Assembly (NCBI GenBank): GCA_003023405.1
Contig: PXST01000010.1
Location: 6,931-70,930 of the forward strand
Source: Halobacteriales archaeon SW_8_68_21
GTDB lineage: Archaea; Halobacteriota; Halobacteria; Halobacteriales; Haloferacaceae
Direction of reading: 5' to 3'
Length of the DNA stretch: 64,000 nt
Shown: positions 23,001 to 33,131 of the stretch, in pieces
Layout: each line of letters begins with the position of its first letter
Numbering within the stretch: the first letter of the stretch is position 1
Notes under the pieces: model-generated
The model's input: only the letters and a program-made list of their open reading frames with translations
Told to the model about the DNA's origin: nothing
The model's database searches: none
Translations under genes and position numbers: made by a program

Positions 23001-25898
23001 GAACCCTCGTGGGGTTGAAGCGCGAACACGTCGACGAGGTCGAGGACCATATCCGCGTTTCAGACGAACCCTCGTGGGGTTGAAGCAACACCCGAAGCAA
23101 TTGCGTCACAACGGGCGTCGGTTTCAGACGAACCCTCGTGGGGTTGAAGCCGAAGATGATCAACCCGCTGATGCGGAACTAATAGAGTTTCAGACGAACC
23201 CTCGTGGGGTTGAAGCGGCGTACTGGCGCATCTGGTCCGGGTCGTCCTCCCAGTTTCAGACGAACCCTCGTGGGGTTGAAGCGTGAACAGTCCCTCCTCC
23301 GTCCCCTCGCGGAGGAGTGTTTCAGACGAACCCTCGTGGGGTTGAAGCACAGTAACGAAACACCATTAGATACCCCCTAAACCCGGTTTCAGACGAACCC
23401 TCGTGGGGTTGAAGCGACGGGCTGGACGACTCTCCACGTCGGGTAGATCGTTTCAGACGAACCCTCGTGGGGTTGAAGCTGTTCCGACGCCTGCCGGCAG
23501 CGGCACGAGCGCGAGTTTCAGACGAACCCTCGTGGGGTTGAAGCGGGCCTGAGGAGGTGCGCGCGCTCACGTGGCTGCTCGTTTCAGACGAACCCTCGTG
23601 GGGTTGAAGCCGAGTGACTACACCGAGATAGCCACGACGGGTGCGAGTTTCAGACGAACCCTCGTGGGGTTGAAGCCTCATGAGCAAAAAGCGCCGTCTT
23701 CTCACCGCCCTCGTTTCAGACGAACCCTCGTGGGGTTGAAGCTCGAAGACGGTCGCGATCAAGGCGACCGACGATGGTTTCAGACGAACCCTCGTGGGGT
23801 TGAAGCCAGAACGATACTGCCACGATTGCGGGACCGACGACTGTTTCAGACGAACCCTCGTGGGGTTGAAGCTCCGTGAGGACCCCAGCCGCGAGCCCGT
23901 CGATCACGGTTTCAGACGAACCCTCGTGGGGTTGAAGCCGAGCGCGGGGATCCCCCCGACGACGACCGCGACCGTTTCAGACGAACCCTCGTGGGGTTGA
24001 AGCGATCCACGCTCTCGCGTCGTCCCGGTCGTCGAACGTTTCAGACGAACCCTCGTGGGGTTGAAGCTAGAGGAGGTCGATGGCGATGCCGAGTGAGAGG
24101 GTGTTTCAGACGAACCCTCGTGGGGTTGAAGCGAACCGAGCGACCGGGCGATCGACGTCGTCGGCGGTTTCAGACGAACCCTCGTGGGGTTGAAGCGCCA
24201 CCGATGACCCCTTAGCTGGGCGAGGACCTCGTTTCAGACGAACCCTCGTGGGGTTGAAGCACCTCGGCGCGACAGTTCGAGCAGGCGACGATCTCGGTTT
24301 CAGACGAACCCTCGTGGGGTTGAAGCACAGCGTCCGCCTCGTCGTCGCCGGAGTCCTCGTCTGTTTCAGACGAACCCTCGTGGGGTTGAAGCCGTCGTAA
24401 ACTGACGCGCTCTTGAGAGAGGTCTTAGTTTCAGACGAACCCTCGTGGGGTTGAAGCACGGGTCGGGGCCTTTGAGTCCGGTCCGGGGCGTCGTTTCAGA
24501 CGAACCCTCGTGGGGTTGAAGCAGTCGAAGACAGAAAATGAAAGTTAGACACACTCGTTTCAGACGAACCCTCGTGGGGTTGAAGCGAGCCATGCGGTCG
24601 AGGGAGTGTGACGGATCGTCGTTTCAGACGAACCCTCGTGGGGTTGAAGCTTGAGAGCTTGTCGTCCCTCGGTCCCGTCCGGAGTAGTTTCAGACGAACC
24701 CTCGTGGGGTTGAAGCCCGTCTGCGGGACCTCCAATTAGGTCCCCCTGAGGGTTTCAGACGAACCCTCGTGGGGTTGAAGCCGATTCTCAGCGATCACGT
24801 CTCCCGACCGAGGTCCGGTTTCAGACGAACCCTCGTGGGGTTGAAGCCGCCATCGTGACCCACCAGCGCTGTTTTGCTCTAAAGTTTCAGACGAACCCTC
24901 GTGGGGTTGAAGCAATCAATATAACAGGCGTCGAGAACACGGAACCGAGTTTCAGACGAACCCTCGTGGGGTTGAAGCGACAAGTCGGTCCGGGTCACCG
25001 GAACGCTCGACGTCGTTTCAGACGAACCCTCGTGGGGTTGAAGCAGCGTCCGAGGAGGCGAGGGTAACGGTCGAACTCGTTTCAGACGAACCCTTGTGGG
25101 GTTGAAGCTCTATATCGGAGTTCTCGACGTAGACCTCTCCCTCGTTTCAGACGAACCCTTGTGGGGTTGAAGGAATCGATCCGAGACGATCGCACGTGGA
25201 ACGTTGTCGTGTTTCAGACGAACCCTTGTGGGGTTGAAGGGGATGCAACGCGCCGTCGTCAGTCCACCGCTCGCCGTGTTTCAGACGAACCCTTGTGGGG
25301 TTGAAGCCGTTCTTGACGGAGAAGAATTCATCAACTCGACGTACGTTTCAGACGAACCCTTGTGGGGTTGAAGCCAACGTTGTGACCGTGAGCAACGGCA
25401 CGGAGATCGGTTTCAGACGAACCCTTGTGGGGTTGAAGCGAGTCGGGGAGGAGTCGGATCCGGTAGAGGTGGAACGTTTCAGACGAACCCTTGTGGGGTT
25501 GAAGCCATCTCTTCAGTCCGGTCGTTCGACCGATATTTGAGTTTTAGACGAACCCTTGTGGGGTTGAATCACGTCAAGCGTGTGTTCGATCGCGTCGTCA
25601 AGAGCTGTTTCAGACGAACCCTTGTGGGGTTGAAGCGATGAGCGAGACGGCCGGCGAGCATGTGGCGACGCGGGTTTCAGACGAACCCTTGTGGGGTTGA
25701 AGCCCACTCAATATCTCCCGTCTCCTTGTCGAGTGCGTGTTTCAGACGAACCCTTGTGGGGTTGAAGCAGCCGGTCGACCACGACGTTCACATGGCGGAG
25801 CGCGTTTCAGACGAACCCTCACAGGGTCGAAGCCGCGAACGGCACGGTCTCAACGCGCCCGACCAAGCGTTTCAGACAAACTCTCGTGGAGTTAAAAT
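11060..25898 (+). CRISPR. Type I-B CRISPR array, about 227 repeats and 226 spacers; repeat GTTTCAGACGAACCCTCGTGGGGTTGAAGC
   Basis: 30-bp repeat at a ~66-bp period, spacers mostly 33-38 nt (manual count). Degenerate repeats at the distal end (25079-25898) place the leader at the cas2 side. Confidence 0.99.
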
Positions 25899-25903
25899 GG
25901 AGT

Positions 25904-26242
25904 CTACGGACTGCCCGGCGCGCCTTCCATCACGGCGAAGTCCTCGCCGTCGTGGTCGACGCCGATCACCGCCCAGTCGTAGGGGGGTTTCGTGGAGACG
26001 AGCCGCTCTTGAAGGTCGGCCGCGCGGTCGCGCCACGTGACGAAACACCGGAGTCGCGGTGTCTCACCCCCGTCTGCGAGATACGGGTCGAGGTCGTCGT
26101 CGTCCAGACACAGCACCGTCACGGACACGCGCCGCCACTTGCGTTCCGCGACGAATTCTCGTCCGCCCTCGGAGACGGTGTATCCCAGTTCGCGGAAGAC
26201 GTCTCTGGCCTCGGTCGTCGGGGGGATGCTCGCAGTGGCCAT
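25904..26242 (-). CDS. Conserved haloarchaeal hypothetical protein
   Basis: 112-aa acidic ORF with host-like codon usage (EARDVFRELGYTVS...LRCFVTW...PPYDWAVIGV). Confidence 0.8.
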   Translation of the reverse strand: MATASIPPTTEARDVFRELGYTVSEGGREFVAERKWRRVSVTVLCLDDDDLDPYLADGGETPRLRCFVTWRDRAADLQERLVSTKPPYDWAVIGVDHDGEDFAVMEGAPGSP

Positions 26243-26344
26243 CTATCTCAGAGTTGGTCATCATCCGTGATAAACTTTCTCACGATTTCGCTCGCGGAGA
26301 ATCGGCGCACCGTCGAGAACAGGCAAGAGAGGCGCGAGCACGGC

Positions 26345-26590
26345 TCACTCGTGAGCGGCGTCCCACTCGTCCGGCTTCCGACGGTTTCCGCACTCGGTAC
26401 ACTGGATCCGGCCCATCGTGTCCACCGCGGTGTCGAACGACCCGCAGTTGCCACAGCGGAACCCCCAGCGCGACTCCCCCGTCTCGTCGGCGAACACGAC
26501 GTAGAAGGGACCGTCCGCCCCGCGTTCGGCCCGGGACCGGTCGGTGTACACCCGCTCGCCGCTCGGCGTCGTCGTCGCTTCCAGATTCAT
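26345..26590 (-). CDS. Small Zn-ribbon protein
   Basis: 81 aa with CGNC...CTEC; host-like codon usage. Confidence 0.8.
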   Translation of the reverse strand: MNLEATTTPSGERVYTDRSRAERGADGPFYVVFADETGESRWGFRCGNCGSFDTAVDTMGRIQCTECGNRRKPDEWDAAHE

Positions 26591-26716
26591 GGCTCCCGCT
26601 ATCCGACGGAGCGACTTAAGCGGGGGACTCGCGCGTCGGGAGCGAGTGAGTCACGGGAGGGACGGTCGGGGAAAGGACGGTTGCGAAAGAGGCCGGACGC
26701 TGCGCGGACAGGACGA

Positions 26717-27091
26717 TTACGTCCGGAACGACTCGCCGCAGCCGCACTCGGAGACGACGTTGGGGTTCTCGACCTCGAAGCCCGCGGCCTGAAGCCCGTG
26801 TTCGTAGTCGAGCGTGCTGCCACCGATGTAGTTGCGGCTCGCGGGGTCGACGAACACCCGAAGCCCGTGGTGTTCCACGACGAGGTCGTCCGCCTCCGGT
26901 TCGGTGTCGAAGCGCATCCCGTACGACAGCCCCGCGCAGCCGCCCTGCTGGACGAACAGCCGCAGTCCGGCAACGTCGGTGTCGAGCCCCTCGCCCTCCA
27001 AAAGCGAGAGTGCCTCCTCGGCGGCGTCCGGCGTCACCTCGATCGCCGGGTCGGTTCCCTCGGTCTCGGTGTCGGCCGCTTCGGTACTCAT
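26717..27091 (-). CDS. HesB/IscA family Fe-S cluster assembly accessory protein
   Basis: GGCAGLSYGM and C-terminal NPNVVSECGCGESF motifs; ATG at 27091. Confidence 0.93.
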   Translation of the reverse strand: MSTEAADTETEGTDPAIEVTPDAAEEALSLLEGEGLDTDVAGLRLFVQQGGCAGLSYGMRFDTEPEADDLVVEHHGLRVFVDPASRNYIGGSTLDYEHGLQAAGFEVENPNVVSECGCGESFRT

Positions 27092-27177
27092 GCGAGCGGG
27101 TTCGGCGCGGACACTCAAAACCCTGCCGGCGGGAGCAGCGCGGACGACGCGGCGGTCGGAAGGTCGCGACACCGGCC

Positions 27178-27903
27178 TCAGGGCGCGTCGTCGGTCGGAT
27201 CGGCGAGCGGATCGGCGGCCTCGGCGTCGACGAACGCGACGAGGTCGTGGAGGCTCTCGACCTCGACGGTGGGGTCCACATCGAGGTCGCGGTTGGCGTT
27301 GTGGTCGCGCCTGAGGAGCACGCCGTCGAGGCCGGCTCGCTCGGCGGCGATCACGTCGGTCGCGCGGTCGCCGACGTAGAGTCCCCCGGAGGCGTCCAGC
27401 GCGTCGAGCGCCTCGTCGAGGTAGTGTGGGTCCGGCTTCCGGCGGCGGAAGCTGTCAGGGCCGAGGTCGCGGCCGCGGACGAACGAGAACGCGTCGAGTC
27501 GGAAGTGGTCGACGACGAACTCGACGGTCGGGTGGTAGTTGTTGCTCACCAGTCCGATCGAGGCGCGTTCAGCAAGCTCGTCGAGAACGTCGACATCGGG
27601 GCAGAGCCGCCTCGTGCCGGCTGCGAGCCGCGCGACGGCCCGCTTGGCGCTACGCTCCTCTCGCGCCCGAAAGAACTCGGCGGAGTCGACGCCGATCTGC
27701 TCGCAGGCGGCCCGAAACTCGTCGTCGTACTCGTACGTTTCGAGCGATCGCCGGAGGTCGCCGGTCACGCGCAGGTCCCATTCTTCGAGCACGTCGTTGA
27801 GCGCGCGGGCGTGAACCGCATCGTCTGTCCCTCGGCCGTCGAGGATCACGCCGTCCATGTCGAAGAGGACGACGGCCCCCTCGTCGAGGGTTGTCGGTCT
27901 CAT
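27178..27903 (-). CDS. HAD-superfamily hydrolase (phosphatase-like)
   Basis: VLFDMDGVI (motif I), VSNN, RKPDP and YVGDRATD; the ATG overlaps the upstream phnE stop. Confidence 0.88.
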   Translation of the reverse strand: MRPTTLDEGAVVLFDMDGVILDGRGTDDAVHARALNDVLEEWDLRVTGDLRRSLETYEYDDEFRAACEQIGVDSAEFFRAREERSAKRAVARLAAGTRRLCPDVDVLDELAERASIGLVSNNYHPTVEFVVDHFRLDAFSFVRGRDLGPDSFRRRKPDPHYLDEALDALDASGGLYVGDRATDVIAAERAGLDGVLLRRDHNANRDLDVDPTVEVESLHDLVAFVDAEAADPLADPTDDAP

Positions 27904-28694
27904 CGGACCTTCTTCCGCGCGTACGCCGAAATCCCTTCGCTCACGAGCACGACCGCCAGGATGGCGACGAGCAGGGCGGACACCGTCCGCCAGGCGAACG
28001 AGTCGATCGCCTGGAACAGCTGGACGCCGATCCCGCCCGCGCCGACGAAGCCGAGGATCGTGGCCGCTCGGACGTTGATGTCCCAGCGGTACACCGAGAT
28101 CCCGACCAGCGCGGGCTTGATCTGTGGCACGATCCCGTAGACGAGGAGTTTGAACGGGCTCGCGCCTGTCGCGCGAACCCCCTCCACCTGGCCGAAGTCG
28201 ATCTCCTCGATCTCCTCGCCGAGGAGCTTCGCGAGGAAGCCGATCGACCTGACCGCGGTCGCGACCGTCCCGGCGAGCGCGCCGGGGCCGAACATCACGA
28301 CGAAAAGCAGCGCCCAGACGATCGTGTGGACCGACCGCGAGACGGTGACGATGAGCTTTCCGAGCGCGTACGTCGCCTTGTTCGGCGTCGTGTTCTCGGC
28401 GCTGATGTAGGCGACGGGCGTGGCCATCAGGACCGCCCCGATTGTCCCGACGACGGCGATCTGGATCGTCTCCGCCAGCGGGCCGACGGCGTTCGGCAGG
28501 TACGCCCAATCGGGCGGGTACATCCGTCCGAGCAGGTCACCGACCTGAAGCGGCGCGGAACCCACGTACCGGAGGCTCATGTCGAGCCACTCCCACGATC
28601 CGACCACGACCGCGGCGGCGATGACGACGGAGCCGACCCGGAAGAGCCGTTCTCTCGCGTCGAACCGGCTCCAGTCGGGCGGGGCTCCCGTCAT
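27900..28694 (-). CDS. phnE: Phosphonate/phosphate-ester ABC transporter permease PhnE
   Basis: KLLGEEIEEID..QVEGVRATGA and YRWDINVRAATILGFVGAGGIG. Confidence 0.92.
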   Translation of the reverse strand: MTGAPPDWSRFDARERLFRVGSVVIAAAVVVGSWEWLDMSLRYVGSAPLQVGDLLGRMYPPDWAYLPNAVGPLAETIQIAVVGTIGAVLMATPVAYISAENTTPNKATYALGKLIVTVSRSVHTIVWALLFVVMFGPGALAGTVATAVRSIGFLAKLLGEEIEEIDFGQVEGVRATGASPFKLLVYGIVPQIKPALVGISVYRWDINVRAATILGFVGAGGIGVQLFQAIDSFAWRTVSALLVAILAVVLVSEGISAYARKKVR

Positions 28695-29539
28695 CACTGG
28701 ACCCTCCGTCGGACGACCGCGCTGACGATCTCCGCGACAAGGACGACCGCGATGATGGCGATCAGGATCGACGCCACGTAGTCGTACTCGTACCGGGAGT
28801 ACGACCGCTGGAGGAGCACGCCGAGTCCGCCGGCACCCACGATCCCGACGATCGTCGACGAGCGGATATTGATGTCCCAGCGATAGACGGCGAGCCCGGC
28901 GAACCGCGGAACGACCTGCGGGACGACCCCGTAGACGAGTCGCTGGAACCGGGAGGCTCCAGTGGCCTCGATGGCCTCGACGCCGCCCATGTCGATGTCC
29001 TCTAAGTCCTCGGCGAACAGCTTCGAGAAGAACCCGATCGTCTTGAAGCTGATCGCGAAGATCCCTGCGAGTGGACCGAAGCCGAGCGCGATGACAGCGA
29101 CGATCGCGACGATCAGCCCGTCAATGGCACGCGAGACGCTGATTATCCCCCGGCTCAGGTAGTACGTTGGCCGGGGCGAGAGGTTCCCCGCCGCCCCGAG
29201 CGCCACCGGCAGGCTGATCGCGATCCCGGCGACAGTCGCGATCATCGCCATCGCGATCGTCTCTATCATGCGGTCGACCAGCCTGGCGATGTTCTCGCTA
29301 CCGGTCTCCGGCGGCAGCATCGAGTCAATCAGCTCGTAGCCGTACCCCAGCCCCGAGATGAACCGCCCGGGCGTGATCCACAGACTCGCTACCGACCAGA
29401 CGACGAGCGCGAGGACGGCCCCGTACACCGCCCACTTCGTGTAGCGGTTTCGGAACGCCGTCGGCCGTCGCCACGTCCGCCGCTCGGCCGCGTCAAGCGA
29501 GTCGGGCGAGTCGGGCGACGCCGGTGATTCGGTCGCCAT
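28694..29539 (-). CDS. phnE: Phosphonate/phosphate-ester ABC transporter permease PhnE
   Basis: KLFAEDLEDID..VEAIEATGA and YRWDINIRSSTIVGIVGAGGLG. Confidence 0.92.
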   Translation of the reverse strand: MATESPASPDSPDSLDAAERRTWRRPTAFRNRYTKWAVYGAVLALVVWSVASLWITPGRFISGLGYGYELIDSMLPPETGSENIARLVDRMIETIAMAMIATVAGIAISLPVALGAAGNLSPRPTYYLSRGIISVSRAIDGLIVAIVAVIALGFGPLAGIFAISFKTIGFFSKLFAEDLEDIDMGGVEAIEATGASRFQRLVYGVVPQVVPRFAGLAVYRWDINIRSSTIVGIVGAGGLGVLLQRSYSRYEYDYVASILIAIIAVVLVAEIVSAVVRRRVQ

Positions 29540-29542
29540 GGG

Positions 29543-30403
29543 TCAGTCCTCTGCCGGGAGGCGGCCGTTTCCGGCGTTCGACCGGTTACCGGTGATTTCG
29601 GGCGTTCCCTCGCCGGCGGTGCCGTTCGACGGTCGGTCCGGGTCCGCCGCGGGCGACTCCGGCGGTTCTTCGCCCCGGTAGATGACCCCCTTCGACTCGT
29701 CGGTGAGGTCGGCCGCCGGGCCGTCGAAGACGAGCTCCCCGCCGTGGAGTCCCAAGATTCGATCGGCGTACTGTTCCGCGAGGTCCACCTCGTGAATGTT
29801 GATCACGACCGGGACGTCACGCTCCGCTGCGATGTCAGTGAGTAGCTCCATTACGTCCCGGGACGTCTCGGGGTCGAGACTCGACGTTGGCTCGTCAGCC
29901 AAGACGATCTTCGGCTCCTGGACCACCGCCCGTGCGATGCCGACTCGCTGACGCTGGCCGCCGGAGAGCTCGTCGACCCGCTTGTTCTCCATGTCGCCGA
30001 GACCGACGAGATCGAGCAACTCGTACGCCCGCTCGATGTCTTCGGGCGGGAAATTCCGGCGGAGCGCGGCCCAGTTCGAGACGTAGCCGAGCCGCCCAGA
30101 CAGGACGTTCTCCATCACCGTGAGCCGCTCGACGAGGTTGTACTCCTGGAACACCATCCCGATGTCCCGGCGGGCGTTCCGGAGTCCGTCCTCACCGAGC
30201 CCCGTCAGTTCGCGGCCGTCGAGGCGGACGCTGCCCGTCGTCGGCTCAACGAGCCGGTTGATACACCGGACGAACGTGCTCTTGCCGGCTCCGCTCGGGC
30301 CGATCATCGCGACGACCTCTCGGCCGCCGATCGTGACAGACACGTCGCGCAGTGCCTCGTCGCCGGTCGGGTACGTCTTCCCGAGGTTCTCCGTTTCGAG
30401 CAT
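29543..30403 (-). CDS. phnC: Phosphonate ABC transporter ATP-binding protein PhnC
   Basis: [27 protein letters not shown] and [11 protein letters not shown]. Confidence 0.93.
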   Translation of the reverse strand: MLETENLGKTYPTGDEALRDVSVTIGGREVVAMIGPSGAGKSTFVRCINRLVEPTTGSVRLDGRELTGLGEDGLRNARRDIGMVFQEYNLVERLTVMENVLSGRLGYVSNWAALRRNFPPEDIERAYELLDLVGLGDMENKRVDELSGGQRQRVGIARAVVQEPKIVLADEPTSSLDPETSRDVMELLTDIAAERDVPVVINIHEVDLAEQYADRILGLHGGELVFDGPAADLTDESKGVIYRGEEPPESPAADPDRPSNGTAGEGTPEITGNRSNAGNGRLPAED

Positions 30404-30406
30404 CGG

Positions 30407-31600
30407 TTACAGGTTCCCGCTCTCGTACTCGACGCCGTTGTATCGCTGGATGACGAGGATGTCGTGGAACACGTCCTTGTAGTCGATCGGGATGTACTCG
30501 GCCTCGCCGGTGTTCTCTGCGTACTCGGTTTCCGTCCAGTCGGTCCCGATGGTCGCCTCCTTGATCCCGTCGACGATGTCGGGGTGGAGGTCGTAGCGGC
30601 GGACCAGCGGACCCGGCGGGAACGGATTGCTCCCCCAGACCACCTTGAAGTCCTCATAATTCATCTCGTCGTCGGACTGGATGAGGTCGTCGAAGCACGT
30701 GCTACAGATCGGGCCGGCGTCGTAGTCGCTCACGAAGACTCCGCGCCCGGTCTGATCGTGGCCGCCAGAGAAGTTGACCTCGTAGTCCTCGTTGGGCGTC
30801 ACGTCGAAGTACTGGTCGAACAGCGCCGACGGCGCTTGGTGACCGGAGTTCGACGCCGGCTCGGAGTGCGCGACGGTGACATCGTCGCGCGCGAAGTCCT
30901 CGACCGATCGGATATCGTCCTCGTCGGCGCGAGTAATCGCCAGCAGCCGGTAGCCGAACTGACCCGAGGGACTGATCGGGTCCGCGAACGGGACCACGCC
31001 GCCGAGGTTGACTCCGAAGGCCGACGTTCCAGTCGAGATGTCGCCCAGGTGTCCACGTCCCGCTCGGAACGACTCGACGGTCGCCGCGTTCGAGTCGACG
31101 GGCTGCCACTCGACTGACCGGCCGGTCGTCTCCTCAAGCCGGTCCAAAAGCGGCTGGATGCTCTCTTGATACTGCGCTTGGCCGGATTCACCGGGCTTGT
31201 CGACGAAAATGAGCGGATCTGGGTCGACCCACTCGCTCTCGTCGTCCGGGAGCTCCTGCGGCGGCTCACCGTGGGCTATCTCGTCGATGTCACGGTTCTG
31301 CATGTTTTCCAGGTCCGTTTTGCTTCCCTGGAAGTAGTCGTTCTCCGCGACAGCCGTCAGCAGGTAGTTGTTCTCTTCCCAAGCCGGGTTCGCGTACTCA
31401 AACGTCGAGTCGTCCGCGAGCATCGGGTCGCCCGGCTCCCCCCCGTCGCTGCCGTCGCTGTCGTCGAGGCCGGCACCGGCGTCTCCGCCGTCGCTCCCGC
31501 CGGAACAGCCGGCCAGTCCAGCGAACGCGGCTGCGCCGCTGGCCACGAGGAATTTTCGCCTAGAACTCGGTCTCGTCCGTCCACCGTCGTCTTTCGACAT
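30407..31600 (-). CDS. phnD: PhnD-family substrate-binding Tat lipoprotein
   Basis: SRRKFL twin-Arg signal with LAGC lipobox; SNSGH and FSGGHD motifs; ATG at 31600. Confidence 0.88.
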   Translation of the reverse strand: MSKDDGGRTRPSSRRKFLVASGAAAFAGLAGCSGGSDGGDAGAGLDDSDGSDGGEPGDPMLADDSTFEYANPAWEENNYLLTAVAENDYFQGSKTDLENMQNRDIDEIAHGEPPQELPDDESEWVDPDPLIFVDKPGESGQAQYQESIQPLLDRLEETTGRSVEWQPVDSNAATVESFRAGRGHLGDISTGTSAFGVNLGGVVPFADPISPSGQFGYRLLAITRADEDDIRSVEDFARDDVTVAHSEPASNSGHQAPSALFDQYFDVTPNEDYEVNFSGGHDQTGRGVFVSDYDAGPICSTCFDDLIQSDDEMNYEDFKVVWGSNPFPPGPLVRRYDLHPDIVDGIKEATIGTDWTETEYAENTGEAEYIPIDYKDVFHDILVIQRYNGVEYESGNL

Positions 31601-31768
31601 TACGGCTAAAACGTCTGATTTCGACAGCAAGAAGCCTGCTATGAGGGGTATTGCGGCGTCAACACCGCTCGCAAACGCGGGGGAGCGATACCGACGGACA
31701 CGTTCTGTCCGGAGCGTTATCCAACGGCACAGGGAAATATATATTACACCGGAACGCTCCGAAACGGG

Positions 31769-33046
31769 CTATTCGAACCGCTTTCGAACGCTCTCGGCGT
31801 GCGCTTCCAACCCCTCCGCCTCCGCGAGCGACGTGATCGTTTCCGAGAGGTCGTCGAGGGCGTCGCGGTCGAGCCGCTGGACCGTCGACGACCGGAGGAA
31901 GGTGTCCACGGAGAGCCCGCCGTACCGCTTCGCGCCGCCGTTCGTCGGTAGCACGTGGTTCGTCCCGGTCGCGTAGTCGCCGGCCGCCACGGGGGAGTAC
32001 GGGCCGAGGAACACCGAACCGGCGTTCGCGATGCGGTCTAACAGCGCCTCGTCGTCGTCGGCCACGATCGAGAGGTGTTCGGCGGCGTACTCCTCGGCGA
32101 ACAGTACGGCCTCGGGCATCGAGCGCGCGTGGAGGACGCCCGACGCCTCGTTGTCGAGGGCGGCCCGGATCATCTCCTCGCGCTCGCGCTCTCCGGCCTG
32201 CGCGTCGACCGCGTCGGCGACGGCAGCGGCGAGGTCGGCGTCGGCGGTGACCGCGACCACGGAGGCGTTCGGGTCGTGTTCGGCCTGCGCGACCAAGTCC
32301 GCGGCGACCAGTTCGGGGTCGGCCGTCCCGTCGGCGAGGACGAGTACCTCGCTCGGCCCGGCGAGGAAATCGATCTCGGCGTCTCCCTGTACGATCGACT
32401 TGGCGGCGGTGACCCACTTGTTGCCCGGGCCGACCACCTTCTGGACCCGCGTTACGGTCTCCGTCCCGTACGCGAGCGCGGCGACGGCCTGTGCGCCGCC
32501 GACCTGATACACCGCGTCGGCTCCCGCCTCGTGGATCGCCGCGAGGGTGACCGGGTTGAGCTCCTCGGCCGGGGGGGTCGCGACCGCGACGTGGTCGACG
32601 CCGGCGACGACCGCGGGGATGACGCCCATCAGCGCGCTGGAGGGGTACGCGGCCGCGCCGCCGGGCACGTACACGCTGACGCGGTCGATCGGTCGGAACC
32701 GTCGGCCCAGCTCTCGGCCGTCGAAGTCGTCGCGCCAGTCCGCAGGGCGCTGTCGCTCGTGGAACTCGCGGACGTTCGCGGCCGCCGCCTCGACCGCGTC
32801 GAGGACGGGGTCGTTCGCGTCGGCAAGCTCGTCGTGTGCCCGTTCCGCCGCGTCCGTCACGTCGATGTTACCGACGGCGACGCCGTCGAACTCCTCGGCG
32901 AACTCGCGGACCGCGACGTCGCCCTCCTCGCGGACCCGCTCGACGATCCCTCGCACGTCCTCGCGGACCGCCTCGACGCCGGCGTCGCGCTCGAAGAAGG
33001 CGCGCCGTTCGGCCGGCGAGAGGTCCGCGACGCTTCGTACGTCCAT
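31769..33046 (-). CDS. hisD: Histidinol dehydrogenase
   Basis: YVPGGAAAYPSS, GGAQAVAALAYGT, GPGN, AGPSE, QAEHD and GDYATGTNHVLPT. Confidence 0.97.
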   Translation of the reverse strand: MDVRSVADLSPAERRAFFERDAGVEAVREDVRGIVERVREEGDVAVREFAEEFDGVAVGNIDVTDAAERAHDELADANDPVLDAVEAAAANVREFHERQRPADWRDDFDGRELGRRFRPIDRVSVYVPGGAAAYPSSALMGVIPAVVAGVDHVAVATPPAEELNPVTLAAIHEAGADAVYQVGGAQAVAALAYGTETVTRVQKVVGPGNKWVTAAKSIVQGDAEIDFLAGPSEVLVLADGTADPELVAADLVAQAEHDPNASVVAVTADADLAAAVADAVDAQAGEREREEMIRAALDNEASGVLHARSMPEAVLFAEEYAAEHLSIVADDDEALLDRIANAGSVFLGPYSPVAAGDYATGTNHVLPTNGGAKRYGGLSVDTFLRSSTVQRLDRDALDDLSETITSLAEAEGLEAHAESVRKRFE

Positions 33047-33131
33047 ACGCCTCGTCGGAGGCGACGGGGCAAGGGCGTTCCGACTCGGGCGGGGCGTCGC
33101 TGGCGCGTCAGTCGTCCGGCTGCTCCGTCGG

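Noticed and set aside
10951-25880. Numerous ORFs inside the CRISPR array
   Set aside because: They are translations of the repeat (FQTNPRGVEA, FRRTLVGLK, LQPHEGSSET), not genes.
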